Positions 63,180-64,000 of a stretch of DNA of 64,000 bases are shown here, in pieces (positions within the stretch are counted from its first letter, which is position 1; each line of letters opens with the position of its first letter). The notes below the pieces were generated by a model. That model worked only from the letters and a program-made list of their open reading frames with translations, was not told the DNA's origin and searched no databases. Source of the DNA: Antechinus flavipes (taxonomy: Eukaryota); contig NC_067398.1 in NCBI RefSeq assembly GCF_016432865.1, forward strand, positions 633,640,001 through 633,704,000, given 5' to 3'. A program made the position numbers and the translations under genes.

Positions 63180-63720
63180 ATTGTTCTATAAGAAACAATC
63201 AGCAAAATGATTTCAGAGAGGCCTGGAGAGACTTACATGAACTGATGCTAAGAGAAATGAACAGAAGCAGGAGATCATTGTACATGGCAGCAACAAGATT
63301 ATTCGATGATGAATTCTGATTGATGTGGCTTTTTTCAACAATGAGATTATTCAGACCATTTCCAAGGGTCTTGTGATGAAGAGAGCCATCTGCACCCAAA
63401 GAGAGAACTGGAGGGACTGAGTGTGGATCAGGACATAGCATTTTCACTTCTTTTGTTGTTGTTTGCTTGCATTTTATTTTTTCTCATTTTTTCCTTTGTG
63501 ATCTGAATTTTCTTGTGGAGCAAGATAATTGTATAAATATGCATACATATGTTGGATTTAACATACATTTTAATATCTTCAACATATAATAGATTACTTG
63601 CCATTTACAGGAGGGGTAGATAAGGGGGGGGGGATTTGGAATGCAAGATTCTGCAAGGGTCAATGCTGAAAAATTATCCGTGCATATGTTTTGAAAATAA
63701 AAAGTTTTAATAAAAACAAG
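63180..63720 (+). mobile_element. 5'-truncated L1 3' end
   Basis: gatttcagagaggcctggagagacttacatgaactgatgc...gtcaatgctgaaaaattatccgtgcatatgttttgaaaataaaaag, followed by a purine-rich tail. Confidence 0.9.
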
Positions 63721-64000
63721 AAAGAGAGAGGGAAAAAAGGCGGGAGGGAAAGAGGAAGACAGGGAAGGAGGGAAGAAAAGAAGAAACAAATAAATAAAGA
63801 GAAAGATAGATAGATAGTCCTTGTCTTCAAGAAGTTTATAATCCAATGAAAAATAGGCAGATAAGGGTGAGGAGTACAGGCTCTACAAAATCTTATTCTC
63901 AATGTTGAAACCAGGCAGAGCAGCTGATTTAAAGTGGAGTGATCCTCCCTATCTTCTAACTTTGCTATCCTTTTGTTCAATTTCTCCCTCATTATTTTGT

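Overview
Eukaryotic, AT-rich, repeat-dominated genomic DNA from an Australian marsupial. The L1 3' UTRs, WSINE1- and MAR1-type SINEs and an RTE-SINE point to a dasyurid such as the Tasmanian devil (inference from repeat families, not a database match). Four N-gaps (three of them next to GA/GAGACA microsatellites) suggest a short-read assembly. I could not recognise any known protein-coding gene, tRNA, rRNA or CRISPR array. The ORF track is mostly explained by chance ORFs, L1 remnants, microsatellites and N-runs, and several entries start at TTG/GTG rather than ATG. Well supported: nested L1/HAL1-like elements with visible target-site duplications (TSDs), ancient L2, CR1/L3 and MIR fragments, SINEs, one clear solo LTR and two LTR-like segments. 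The most interesting leads: (i) a 3 x 80-bp tandem repeat in an LTR-like segment, each unit carrying a nuclear-receptor IR-1 (FXR/RXR-type) palindrome; (ii) a compact minus-strand promoter-like module (HNF4-like, 2 x GATA, CCAAT, TATA-like) followed by a strong splice donor; (iii) an unexplained GC/CpG-rich unique island at 27.8-28.6 kb; (iv) chains of phase-compatible candidate small exons that may belong to an unannotated gene or lncRNA. All gene models are hypotheses. Repeat boundaries without a TSD are approximate.
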